Part shown: one piece after another, positions 27,191 to 36,383 of the stretch
Position numbering within the stretch: position 1 is the stretch's first letter
Layout of the letters: the number at the start of each line of letters is the position of its first letter
Origin: a virus
Taxonomy: Duplodnaviria > Caudoviricetes
Length of the DNA stretch: 64,000 nucleotides
Reading direction: 5' to 3' (one strand)
IMG/VR virus record: IMGVR_UViG_3300035670_000009
Span: 139,911 to 203,910 of that record
The notes under the pieces: model-generated
Told to the model about the DNA's origin: nothing
Databases searched by the model: none
The model's input: the letters and a program-made list of their open reading frames with translations, nothing else
Position numbers and translations under genes: made by a program

Positions 27191-30100
27191 TTAACTCTCG
27201 ACTATATGCACCGGGGTATCGACCTCAATCTCGCCTCGCCGATAGGCCTTAATGGCGTCCTGCCGTGACTTATATACCCGCGGCTTCGCGCGTTTGTCGA
27301 CCCGGCTGCTGGCCAGGTAAATCCCGGACTGAAACTCAGCCTGCGGAATATAGTGCGCTTTGAAGTTAGCCGCCGCAAACAAGTTTTTTGAGGGAAGCAT
27401 CTTTTCGACGGCTTCCTTTGCCGCGTCGTCCGTGCTAGGAACGTGATACTGCATCGCGTCCCCGTCGAAGTCGGCGTTAAAACCCTTGGTAATGACCGGA
27501 TTGACCTCCATCACCTTGTTCTTAGTGAGCTTTGGGTAGAAGGCCATCATACCGTATCGATGAAGCACCGGCGCACGGTTGATTACAATCGGCCGGGACG
27601 ACATCTGCCGCTCCAGCTCCGCGTGCGCCTCCTTGTTGCGGTCCTCGACGTGCTGGAGGGCCTGCATCCGCGGCAACCCCCGCCGCACCAAGCCGCGCAC
27701 CACGAACGGCTTGTAGACCTCCCAGGCTTTGTCCTCGGGCAGCGCCACCTCGTCCATGTCCAGGTCCGGGTTTGGCGTGATTACGGCGCGGCCCACCAGG
27801 TCGACCGTGGTGCCTAGAAGTTTGCGTTGAACGGTGCCGTACTTCGGCGAACTGCCGAAAATGTGCTTCAAGAATCCCTTGACCTGCCGCTCCTGATTCT
27901 TGGGCTGCGTCGGATCTCCCAGGCCAGAGACCGCCTTCATCGCGTCATACAGGCCGAGGCGCTCGTTGCCGTACTCCGCCAGGGCGCCGGAGGCGTCCTT
28001 CAGCGCGCTGTTTGAGTCGATCAACTCCTTGTACAGATAATTCGCGTCAGCCACGAGCGGGAGCTTCTTGGCGCCCATCGTCGAGACCGGCCGGAACAAC
28101 GGCGGCAAGACGGGCATCTTGGTGAGCATCCACTCCTGGGGATGAATTCCCTGGCTCTCGGCGGCCTTGAGAAAACCGAGCTTGCGCACGGCGGCGTCGC
28201 GGAGCGTTTTGCGGCCCGACTTAATGTCTTCTCGGCACTGTTCAATAGCCTTGGGAAGATTAATCCGGCCAAGCGCGTCTTTAATCGCGCTAGGACCCGA
28301 CTTGTCGAACAGCTGCGTCTCGCCCGCCAAGACAGAGCGAAACTGCTTTTCGGTAAGTCCCAAAACTCGACGAATTGGCTCTTCCATAACCGGATTGGGC
28401 ATCGGCTCGTGCAAAGATATCTTTGCCCAACGATTTCCGCCGTGTCCGCCGGTTAATTTCTCGTCGAATAGGCCGCCCGGAACTGGCTTCAATCGTCCTT
28501 TCCAGTCCACTGTTTCAGAACTGGTGATTTCTCGATCTTCAGCCAGCTGATCGACGTCTTTGTCGGCGATGGCCATGATGTGCGTTTTAGTACCGGTGCG
28601 GACAGTGTTAATGCCGCTGGCCCGCAATTGATTGACAAATTTCTCATAAACGTGCGGCACTTTGGGCAGCGGCGGCGTATAGCCCGACATGAACTGTGAC
28701 CAGTACTCGGGGTTGGCCTGCCCGCGGACCATCTTTGCGTCACGGATGACCTTTCCGGCGCCGTGGCTTAAAAGCGCGCCCAGGTCCAGCATGCCAACGC
28801 GCTTGGCGCCCTCCGAGCCGCCTTTAGCGGGAGTTCCTTCTGCCGTGTACGCGCCCATTGCGCGACCCTGCCCCTTAGACTCCGACGTGTGGTGAAGTTT
28901 CATAAAGAACCGGTGGCCGGTCAGCACGCCTTTGATCTTACGACCGGTCTCCGGATCAATGACGTCCTCAGTGTCGGAGAGGCCGTGCTTCCCAAGCTCG
29001 TTCTGCGCAAACGCAATGATGTCTTTTTCGCTGTCGAAGTCCTTTATCTTGAAAGGCTGTCCGGTTTTCGCGGCGACTTTACCCAGTGCAGCTTCGATAA
29101 CCTGAGAGGCATTTACGCGAGAGATCAGCCCCAGCGGCGAAACCAGAACCTCCATCGGGCTGCCGTCCTTGTCGTGCGGCATCTGGTGGTCCGGGACGAT
29201 GTCGGCAACAACGCCTTTGTCACCAAAACGCCCTGTAAGCTTGTCGCCCACCTGCATCTCGGCGGTGCTTTTCACGACGACCGACACGCCCTTATCAGTG
29301 TGCTCGACGTCAGTGACGATACCCGGCGAGTGATGATCCCAGGTGATCGTATCATTACTGAACGCGCCCGCGCGTCCGCGGTGAACTTTGCCGTAAGTGG
29401 TTTCCTTGGCTTTAGCCTGCAGCACCAGCGGGTCGCCGTAGTTGACTACGGTCCCCTTTTGAATAGCGCCCTTGTCGTCGAACTGGGCCAGCGTCTTCTT
29501 GTCGTACTCAGAGGGGAAGAGCGACACGAAAGCTTTCTTGCCAACGTGCGTGTTGTCGCTCCACTCAGCCTCGTGCTGGTACATGTGCTGGCTAGTGAGC
29601 TTCTTGGCCGCCGACTCCGAAATCACCACGGCATCTTCGTAGACCTTGCCCCTGAAAGGAAGGTAGCCAACGCGAAGGTTCTTGCCCAAAGCAGCTGAGC
29701 CCTGCTTGTCGGTGAAGTTCGAGTGCGCCAAAAGCTGCCCGGGCTTAATCGTGTCGCCCGGCTGCACAGCTGGCGTCTGGTGCCAAAAGGTCTTGCGGTT
29801 GAACGGCATGTCGTTGTAGAGATCGACTGTCGATTTGTTACCGTCTCGATCGCGGAGCACGATCTCGTCGGGCGACACGGAAACAACCTGGCCGTGGAAC
29901 TGGGCCTTCACGGCGCCAAGCTTTTCGCCCATCTCGTCTTCGTGGCTGATGCCGTCCTTGTCGACAACAGCCGACTGCACGAAGGGCGCTTCTGCGTCGT
30001 TCAAGGGCAGCGCTTGGGTAAACATGCGGCTGCCCATGATCGCGCGCTGGCCCTTAATCATGCTCTTGAGCGGCAGCATGTTCGAGAGCGCCGAGAAGGT

Positions 30101-31561
30101 GCTGTCCATGTGCGGCAGAGAATATTGAACCTCTTCCCGCGGCATGTACTTCATCTTGCCGCCCACGAGAGCCGCGACCATCGGCAGGTCGGTTTTCTCC
30201 TCGCCAGGAAACGCCACGGGCATGTCGGCCAGTTCGCCCGGCGTCTTGTATTCCTGCGCGCCGGTCTGCATGTTGCGCACCGGCGTATAGATCTTGCCGT
30301 CAGAACCCTTGACGGCGCCCCGCGCGAAGCGCATGTCGACGCCCGCTTTGCCCGACTCCGGCGTGCGCAGAAAATCGATGTAGCCAAGGTGGCTGGGCTG
30401 CACGGCGCGGGATTCCACCGGCACTGCGTCCAGCGAACCGATGCCGCCCTCGCCCATACGAGTCACGCGGTTCTGGTGGTCGAAGATTTCGGCCGGGTTA
30501 ATTTCTTCGAGCGAGCTGCCCAAGCCCGAGCCAATCAACGCAGCATTGATCGCCTTGTTGAAGAACCCCGTAGGCACGTGGTCAAGATTTTTCTTCGCCG
30601 TGGCCTTCCAAAGCAACTTGCGCAGCGCCTGCTTGTCTTTACTGAAGCGCTCAGCAATCAGGTCCTCGGGTCCGACAACGCTTTGATATGCCATTGCGTC
30701 GCGGTCGTCTGGATCGGCCTCTTTGCGATTAACGGCAATGAGCTTTTTCGTAATGTCGAGAATCGCTTCGGGGGTAAGGTTCTTGTATTCCTTGCCAAGA
30801 GTGCGCCGCGTAACGTCGGGGTCGAGTTCCATGCGGGCAAACTCTGTCGCAATAGCTTGCTGCTTAGCGGCCGCGTCCAATCCCGGAGTTTGCTTGTAAA
30901 CAAGTCGCTGGTAGAGCTTGTCGAGAGTGCCCGCGTCGCCCTTCTCCATGTTGACGGCGGTGATCTCGTTGCCCCAAGCGCCGCGGATATCGGCATCTTT
31001 GGCGCCGAGCGCTTTGAGCAGCGGCATCAGCGGAATCTGGGCCTGGCCAATGTTAATTTTCATCACGCCGGTCTTCGGGTCGAGGAAGTACCGGTGCATG
31101 CGTCCCTTGCCGGGCAGCACGTTAACGTGCGCCTCCAGCTCGCCGTTGTCTTTCTCGCGCGTGTAGACGCCCGCCTTGAGCCGCATCTGGTGGGCCAGGG
31201 TGTACTCGACGCCCCGGTTCACAAACGTGCCCGAGTCAGTGAGGTACGGCACGTGCGCAATCGTCTGCTGACGTTTGGCGATCGGCTGCCCGGTGGCGTT
31301 GTCGATTAAATTCCAAGTGCCGGTGAGCCGCCGGTGCAACGAGTTTCCGGTAAGAACGGCCCGTTTTTGATCGCGCTTGTTGTAGCGCTCCGGCCCCGTG
31401 TAATTCACGTCCGAAAGTTGGAGCGTGTAGAGATCGTTTTTGATCGGCTCGATCGCGCTGGCGCTTTGGAGCGCGCGATCAAAAATGCCGGAACGCAGCG
31501 CGTGGATGTCACCAAATGCGCGGTGTTGCGGCGGCGTTTGCCCGAGAATCGAGTCTGGCAT
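27191..31561 (-). CDS. rpoB: DNA-directed RNA polymerase, beta subunit fused to beta-prime N-terminal half
   Basis: Beta motifs: TDSGTFV, HQNRVTRMGEGG, RTPESG, QRAIMGSRM, YEDAVVISE, GDKLTGRFGDKGVV, MKLHH. Beta-prime motifs follow: PVLPPLFRP, GRAVI, NRAPVLHR and catalytic GFNADFDGD. Confidence 0.96.
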   Translation of the reverse strand: MPDSILGQTPPQHRAFGDIHALRSGIFDRALQSASAIEPIKNDLYTLQLSDVNYTGPERYNKRDQKRAVLTGNSLHRRLTGTWNLIDNATGQPIAKRQQTIAHVPYLTDSGTFVNRGVEYTLAHQMRLKAGVYTREKDNGELEAHVNVLPGKGRMHRYFLDPKTGVMKINIGQAQIPLMPLLKALGAKDADIRGAWGNEITAVNMEKGDAGTLDKLYQRLVYKQTPGLDAAAKQQAIATEFARMELDPDVTRRTLGKEYKNLTPEAILDITKKLIAVNRKEADPDDRDAMAYQSVVGPEDLIAERFSKDKQALRKLLWKATAKKNLDHVPTGFFNKAINAALIGSGLGSSLEEINPAEIFDHQNRVTRMGEGGIGSLDAVPVESRAVQPSHLGYIDFLRTPESGKAGVDMRFARGAVKGSDGKIYTPVRNMQTGAQEYKTPGELADMPVAFPGEEKTDLPMVAALVGGKMKYMPREEVQYSLPHMDSTFSALSNMLPLKSMIKGQRAIMGSRMFTQALPLNDAEAPFVQSAVVDKDGISHEDEMGEKLGAVKAQFHGQVVSVSPDEIVLRDRDGNKSTVDLYNDMPFNRKTFWHQTPAVQPGDTIKPGQLLAHSNFTDKQGSAALGKNLRVGYLPFRGKVYEDAVVISESAAKKLTSQHMYQHEAEWSDNTHVGKKAFVSLFPSEYDKKTLAQFDDKGAIQKGTVVNYGDPLVLQAKAKETTYGKVHRGRAGAFSNDTITWDHHSPGIVTDVEHTDKGVSVVVKSTAEMQVGDKLTGRFGDKGVVADIVPDHQMPHDKDGSPMEVLVSPLGLISRVNASQVIEAALGKVAAKTGQPFKIKDFDSEKDIIAFAQNELGKHGLSDTEDVIDPETGRKIKGVLTGHRFFMKLHHTSESKGQGRAMGAYTAEGTPAKGGSEGAKRVGMLDLGALLSHGAGKVIRDAKMVRGQANPEYWSQFMSGYTPPLPKVPHVYEKFVNQLRASGINTVRTGTKTHIMAIADKDVDQLAEDREITSSETVDWKGRLKPVPGGLFDEKLTGGHGGNRWAKISLHEPMPNPVMEEPIRRVLGLTEKQFRSVLAGETQLFDKSGPSAIKDALGRINLPKAIEQCREDIKSGRKTLRDAAVRKLGFLKAAESQGIHPQEWMLTKMPVLPPLFRPVSTMGAKKLPLVADANYLYKELIDSNSALKDASGALAEYGNERLGLYDAMKAVSGLGDPTQPKNQERQVKGFLKHIFGSSPKYGTVQRKLLGTTVDLVGRAVITPNPDLDMDEVALPEDKAWEVYKPFVVRGLVRRGLPRMQALQHVEDRNKEAHAELERQMSSRPIVINRAPVLHRYGMMAFYPKLTKNKVMEVNPVITKGFNADFDGDAMQYHVPSTDDAAKEAVEKMLPSKNLFAAANFKAHYIPQAEFQSGIYLASSRVDKRAKPRVYKSRQDAIKAYRRGEIEVDTPVHIVES

Positions 31562-31566
31562 TGCGC

Positions 31567-32775
31567 TTACTCATCGGACTCAACAGTCGATTTGATATGC
31601 GCGAGCGACTCCGGGTCGACCCACACGGGCGGCAAGCCCTTTGTCCGCGCGCGGGACGCCTGCGCCTTAGCCAGGTTCTCGCCTTCGGTGAGATTCTTGG
31701 TGCGGTCGTACATGTATTTGGCGCCAAGCCCGCCAGCGCCCAGCAGCGTAAGCAAGTAAGCAGTCCGCAAAGTTTGCGGCGTGTTCCACAAAGCGCTGGC
31801 CGTACTCGAGAGCATGTTGGCTTGCTTGACGCGATCAAAAGCGACGTCGAGGGCGCTCGCGGACTTCCCGCCCAGCGCGTTGTAATACTCGGCACGCGCG
31901 GCTTCGAGCGCGGATTCGCGATCGCGTTTCTTCTTGGCCTTCACGAGCGAATTAATGAGCTTCGCGCCTGCATAGGTACCCAACGCCGCGCCACCGATGT
32001 TGGCGGCCGTGCTCCAGCTTTTTCGCCACGGGTGCGGGTCAGCAGACGGCGCCGGACCGCGGCCTGGTACGTTCGGGGCGCCGAACGGCACCATCGTCGT
32101 GGGGAGCGCCTTGCCAACCGATTCTGAAAGGCTGTTCAGGTCGAAACTGTTCTTAATCGCGAACGGGTTATTCGCGGTCGAGAACGGGCCCTGGTTGTTG
32201 TTCGGCATGCCATTTACGAAACCAAACGGCTGCGGCGCGGCAGGAACAATATTTTTGTTAATGCCGGGGTTCATCTGCTGCTGCGGGGCGAATGAATTAG
32301 CCGCGCTCGTTGTCTCGAACGGTCGTGCGGCCTGCATGGCCTGTCCGACACGTGCGTACATACTCCCAGAGGAGAACGGAATTTTTGTGAGAGACTGCAT
32401 AAAAGGCACATATTGCCGCATGCTTTCGGGATTAAAGCCGCCAAACGGGCCATTTTGGGCGGGTCGATTCTGCGGCATAATTCCGGAACCACCGACAAGC
32501 GACATGTCGAGCGGGCGACTGGGGTCATATCTGAGATTGGCTTCCTTGGCGATCATCGGCGTACCCGAGCCATAGCTCGGGTACTTTTTTTCCTTTTTGC
32601 CTTCGGGTTTCATACCGCGAAGCAAGTGGTACAGCGCCGCAGCGCCGAGACCAATACCGGCACCGGCTCCCGTGCTCGACAGGAGCCGCTTGCCGTAAAA
32701 CTGCTGCAAAAGCTGCTCGCGCTCAGCAGCAGACGGGCCACCAAAGATTCCAGCGAGCTTTTCAGTGTTGTTCAT
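31567..32775 (-). CDS. Gly-rich putative internal head/ejection protein with hydrophobic segments
   Basis: Start reassigned to ATG 32775 (ATGA overlap). Motifs TEKLAG, AKEAN, GKSAS and VKQAN. Three glycine-zipper hydrophobic stretches. Confidence 0.65.
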   Translation of the reverse strand: MNNTEKLAGIFGGPSAAEREQLLQQFYGKRLLSSTGAGAGIGLGAAALYHLLRGMKPEGKKEKKYPSYGSGTPMIAKEANLRYDPSRPLDMSLVGGSGIMPQNRPAQNGPFGGFNPESMRQYVPFMQSLTKIPFSSGSMYARVGQAMQAARPFETTSAANSFAPQQQMNPGINKNIVPAAPQPFGFVNGMPNNNQGPFSTANNPFAIKNSFDLNSLSESVGKALPTTMVPFGAPNVPGRGPAPSADPHPWRKSWSTAANIGGAALGTYAGAKLINSLVKAKKKRDRESALEAARAEYYNALGGKSASALDVAFDRVKQANMLSSTASALWNTPQTLRTAYLLTLLGAGGLGAKYMYDRTKNLTEGENLAKAQASRARTKGLPPVWVDPESLAHIKSTVESDE

Positions 32776-33128
32776 GACGTTGCCTTCGGCGGAATCATCC
32801 CGTAAACCTGGGCCCATTCCAGCCATACGCGGTAGTGCTTGTTTTCTTCGTCATAGACGTCTGCCCGCTTCAGCAGGCGATACCAACCGTTCACTATCTT
32901 ATCATTTATGTCGTCAAACTCGGCTTTTGCCTCGGGTTCCCAGAGTAGGAACATCTTCGAGCGGTAGTCGTAGCGCAGCTCGAGGTTTTCCAGCTCATCC
33001 TGTTTGAGATTGGCCGTCGCGCTCTGCGGGCCGATGACGGGAAAGCCGTCCAGCGTGCCCGGCCAGCTCAGGCGCTCTCCGCTGTGCTGCGGGCCGCCCA
33101 TTTCTGCGTGAAACTTGCGCAAACTCAT
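32772..33128 (-). CDS. Hypothetical protein
   Basis: 118-aa globular-looking ORF coupled to its neighbours. Confidence 0.7.
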   Translation of the reverse strand: MSLRKFHAEMGGPQHSGERLSWPGTLDGFPVIGPQSATANLKQDELENLELRYDYRSKMFLLWEPEAKAEFDDINDKIVNGWYRLLKRADVYDEENKHYRVWLEWAQVYGMIPPKATS

Positions 33129-33146
33129 CGCACTGCTCCTTCAGTT

Positions 33147-33494
33147 TTAGCGGGCAGTACGGTACTCCCGCAGTTTCCGCCGCGCCTTCGCCCGGGCCGC
33201 CATCACCTTGTAGGTGTTGATCAGCTCCTCGTTTTTCATCTCGTCTTCATCGAGCTTGGGCGCGGTTAGTTTAGCGGCGCCATAACCAAGTGCGCCACCG
33301 CCTAAAAGCGAGGCGGCTACGGGCAGCCCGACGATGCCGCCCGCGGCAGTTGCGATGTCGCCCACGACACCTGCGGTTTTCTCGTTGAATTCGGCAACAC
33401 GGCTCAGGCGCGCGGCCAGATCTTCGCCGGTCAGGCCTTCTTCAGCGCAGCGAGTAAGAAAACCAAGTTTGAACAGCTGGGCGGCATCCATCAA
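33147..33494 (-). CDS. Putative internal head protein (FKLGF...EKTA type) with TM-like segment
   Basis: QLFKLGFLTRCAEEG...NEKTAG, then GGIVGLPVAASLLGGGALGYGAA. Confidence 0.7.
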   Translation of the reverse strand: MMDAAQLFKLGFLTRCAEEGLTGEDLAARLSRVAEFNEKTAGVVGDIATAAGGIVGLPVAASLLGGGALGYGAAKLTAPKLDEDEMKNEELINTYKVMAARAKARRKLREYRTAR

Positions 33495-33979
33495 AACTCT
33501 CCTGGCAGAATCAGTTTTTTGGGCTTGGCGCCGAGAGAGAAGTCGGGCGTGACGTGCTTGCCGGTGTCCTTGCCTAGCGGCAAAACGCCCGGCAGCGCAG
33601 TGTTAAAGTTGGCCGCGCCTGCCATTGACACCCGCCCGCGCTTGTGCGGTCGGTGTCTGGCAAACCACTCAGCAACTTCAGGATCACTTCGGTCGCCCTG
33701 CTCTTTCGCCTCCTTGCAACATTCCACCATGTTCTCAATTGCCTGCTGTAACTCCAAACGATCAGCCAAAATCCAAGTTTTTCCTGGGTTTTGAACAGCC
33801 TGCTGCCGCAGGCGTTTCGCTTCGTCCGAAAGCGCTAAAGCGCGCTGGAGAAACTCTTTGCGCGTCAGCACAACGAACGACCCGTCTTCCTCGTCGTGGA
33901 GGCAGATGTAGCCGTTTTTGGCGTAAAACTTCAAATCACGCCAGGAGTAGCACTTGCCGACCGTGTTTTCGCCGGGCAT
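33491..33979 (-). CDS. Hypothetical protein
   Basis: 162-aa ORF coupled to its neighbours. Confidence 0.65.
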   Translation of the reverse strand: MPGENTVGKCYSWRDLKFYAKNGYICLHDEEDGSFVVLTRKEFLQRALALSDEAKRLRQQAVQNPGKTWILADRLELQQAIENMVECCKEAKEQGDRSDPEVAEWFARHRPHKRGRVSMAGAANFNTALPGVLPLGKDTGKHVTPDFSLGAKPKKLILPGEF

Positions 33980-33982
33980 GAA

Positions 33983-34453
33983 TTACCGCCTCCGAAAGAT
34001 GCGGCGCGGCGATACCGGCACCGGAACAACCGGAAAGCCAGAGAGCGGCGCCGCAGGCGCCGCTTTTTCTACTGGGCACGTTCCAGTTACGCAAGGCGCC
34101 GGAGGCGCAGCAACTGGCGCCGGAACAGCAGAGGTCTGCTGCGGTTTAGCGAACGGACCCGGCGGCAAAGTTACTTTCGCTCTAGGCAACTCGCCCGGCG
34201 CGGTTAACGGCTGGCACGTGGGGCATTTCGTCCATTCGTGCCCGTCGCCTGACCGTACTTTGCCGGTACCCTTGCAGGTCGGGCAATTCGGGTCGACGGG
34301 TTGCGGCTGCGGTTTGTCGGGCCGGGCGGTGTCAGGAAGCAGAGCAGCATAAGCAGCCTCTGCAGCGACCATGCCGATATAGTCCGAAGCTGGCGCTGGT
34401 TCGGCATATGGCAACACCGGCAAAAACAGCAGTGTGTAAAGCCAGCCGTTCAT
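33983..34453 (-). CDS. Exported protein with CxxCxGxG..CxxC Zn-finger
   Basis: Start reassigned to ATG 34453 (SD GGGAGG). Signal-like N-terminus, NCPTCKGTGKVRSGDGHEWTKCPTC, Pro-rich tail ending RRIFRRR. Confidence 0.7.
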   Translation of the reverse strand: MNGWLYTLLFLPVLPYAEPAPASDYIGMVAAEAAYAALLPDTARPDKPQPQPVDPNCPTCKGTGKVRSGDGHEWTKCPTCQPLTAPGELPRAKVTLPPGPFAKPQQTSAVPAPVAAPPAPCVTGTCPVEKAAPAAPLSGFPVVPVPVSPRRIFRRR

Positions 34454-34476
34454 GTTAACGCCTCCCACGTGCCAAG

Positions 34477-35502
34477 TTAAATGTTTCCTAGCGCGCCCCA
34501 ATTTTTAAGCGCTTTACGCTTCCAGCCGTTAAAGCTGGAGAAGGCGATCGCGTCGCGGTTCTTGAGGTCGCTCCAGCGCGCCCAAAAAGCGCCAATCGGA
34601 ATAAGCAAGTTCGTGTCCATGATCTTGCGCGAACCGTCATTCCAATTTCCCCAACTGTTGGCCACGCAAATCAAGGGTTCTTTGTAAACGTCGATAATTT
34701 CTGGCCGATCATCTGCCGCAATATAGGCCATAGCGTGCGCCCAGCCTTTGGCGGTGCGTTTCGATACGCCGTTCGCGTCGCGCTCCGCCGAAAAAGACTC
34801 GCCGCCGCACGAGCTGATGCCGTAACCGTTCGCGAGCATGTCCCGAACTTCTTCATAACTATTCAGGACTGTAGTCGACCGAATCAGGTGCTGCTGCCCG
34901 ATCTCGAGCCACGATTTAGGCGGCGTCTTGCTGCCGTAAATACCGGCGGCGCGCGATGAGTACTGCTCAAAGTCGACGTTAATTTCAGGGTAGGCTTTGC
35001 GCAGCCAGAGCCCCGATTCTTTCATCACCACTCGCGCAGCGTCGGAGCAAAACCAACCGTCTCCGCCATGACGACGCCAATTGTAAATCGCTTCAGTGCT
35101 GAGCACGCCGTTGAGTCGGGCCTTGTCGGAGATCTCCGGCGCGCCTTCGACGTTACCAGTCTCCTCGTCGGCCAGTCCGCTAGTAATGTCGGTGCACATC
35201 GTGATCAGCCCGGCGTTCCGGGTTGACCATGAAACACAGTCGCCGCGTCCTTGAGCGCCGCCAGGGAGGCAATCTGGATAAAGCGAAAACACGTCCAGAA
35301 ATGGCGCGCTGAGCTTTCCCTTGCCGGTTTCCTCGAGCCCATAAGCCGAGCAGGCCATCGCGCCCTCGGGAAGTCCGCCCGCTTCGGCAATAGCGGCCTT
35401 GAGCATGTCGGCGCGCTCGGGATCGCACATCGCGCCGACAAAACCGTCTTCGTACGCTTTCTGTACGTCAAACACCGATTCAAAAAATACTTCGCCGTCC
35501 AT
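34477..35502 (-). CDS. Papain-like (C1) cysteine peptidase
   Basis: Catalytic triad motifs QGRGDCVSWS (Cys), WAHAM (His) and ANSWG (Asn). Confidence 0.85.
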   Translation of the reverse strand: MDGEVFFESVFDVQKAYEDGFVGAMCDPERADMLKAAIAEAGGLPEGAMACSAYGLEETGKGKLSAPFLDVFSLYPDCLPGGAQGRGDCVSWSTRNAGLITMCTDITSGLADEETGNVEGAPEISDKARLNGVLSTEAIYNWRRHGGDGWFCSDAARVVMKESGLWLRKAYPEINVDFEQYSSRAAGIYGSKTPPKSWLEIGQQHLIRSTTVLNSYEEVRDMLANGYGISSCGGESFSAERDANGVSKRTAKGWAHAMAYIAADDRPEIIDVYKEPLICVANSWGNWNDGSRKIMDTNLLIPIGAFWARWSDLKNRDAIAFSSFNGWKRKALKNWGALGNI

Positions 35503-35536
35503 GGCTACCTCGTTTCCGAATTGCGAACGACGTATG

Positions 35537-36034
35537 TCAGCGCGCCGAGTTTGCGATCAGCGTGCAGGCCTCGACAAGCTTTGCGCGTACGGCGTCGTCG
35601 ACAGACTGTACGTCTTTCGGATCGCGCTTTCCTTCGGGATCTAGTTCACGAAGTTTTGCGTCAAACACGGCCTCGATCGCCGCGTCGAGTCCGGAATACT
35701 TGCCACGCATCTCAGGGTCGATGGCATTCTTGAGCGTGTTGGCCTGCCACAGCGCTAGCTGCTCAGTCGTCTTGATGAGTCGCGTCTTTGCGTCGCGCTC
35801 GAGCACGACCACCATAGCTGTGTAGACGCCGCGAACGCGCGCCTTGTCCGCGGGCGACGCATTGGCGAGCAGCTCGACGATCTTCGCGTCTGTCACTACA
35901 GCTGGTTCCGGCGGTACCGGAGTAACTGGAGTGACAGGCGTAACTGGACCAGTCGGCAGTTTGAGAGAAATGCCGTTAGGAAATAGCAGGGCAAAAGCAA
36001 GCAGCAGCCCAGCAGGCCAGATCAGCTTTTTCAT
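35537..36034 (-). CDS. Membrane-anchored/exported protein with PVT-repeat linker
   Basis: Start reassigned to ATG 36034. MKKLIWPAGLLLAFALLFP signal/TM segment followed by PVTPVTPVTPVPP. Confidence 0.7.
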   Translation of the reverse strand: MKKLIWPAGLLLAFALLFPNGISLKLPTGPVTPVTPVTPVPPEPAVVTDAKIVELLANASPADKARVRGVYTAMVVVLERDAKTRLIKTTEQLALWQANTLKNAIDPEMRGKYSGLDAAIEAVFDAKLRELDPEGKRDPKDVQSVDDAVRAKLVEACTLIANSAR

Positions 36035-36039
36035 GGTAC

Positions 36040-36333
36040 TCACCCCGCGTGCGGATGTTTGTGGTCGATCAGGATTTTGAGCAAGAGCGAGCACGCCTCG
36101 ACGCCCTCTTCACAGCCCTCAGCGGCAAACCGGTCCCGAAGCTCGGAAACATCGAGCAGGTCGTCGACGAGCAGATCGCCCGTGACCGGCGGCGCGTCAG
36201 GCGCGACGGGATTGACCACCGGCCGCGGCAATTTGGGCAGCCTGGCCTTCAGCCGGGCATAGATATCTTTGCCGTAAGCTGCGAGGACTACACCGGCAAA
36301 GAGAAGCAAAGCAAGAAGCTGAAACGTAGTCAT
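36040..36333 (-). CDS. Small single-pass membrane protein
   Basis: N-terminal TM segment (FQLLALLLFAGVVLAAYG). SD GGAGG. Confidence 0.7.
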   Translation of the reverse strand: MTTFQLLALLLFAGVVLAAYGKDIYARLKARLPKLPRPVVNPVAPDAPPVTGDLLVDDLLDVSELRDRFAAEGCEEGVEACSLLLKILIDHKHPHAG

Positions 36334-36383
36334 GGGACCTCCATGCGCAAAACTGTCAGAAACTGACAGAGTCTAGCAAAAAC

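Noticed and set aside
26100-27300. Beta-prime split suggesting a cyanobacterial (rpoC1/rpoC2) origin or host
   Set aside because: The break here is before the TT.G motif, whereas cyanobacterial RpoC1 includes that motif. The N-half is also fused to beta, and no cyanophage marker genes are seen.
27191-31561. Intein or intron in the large RNAP gene
   Set aside because: Motif spacing is equal to or shorter than in bacterial subunits. No C/S...HN splice junctions or LAGLIDADG blocks.
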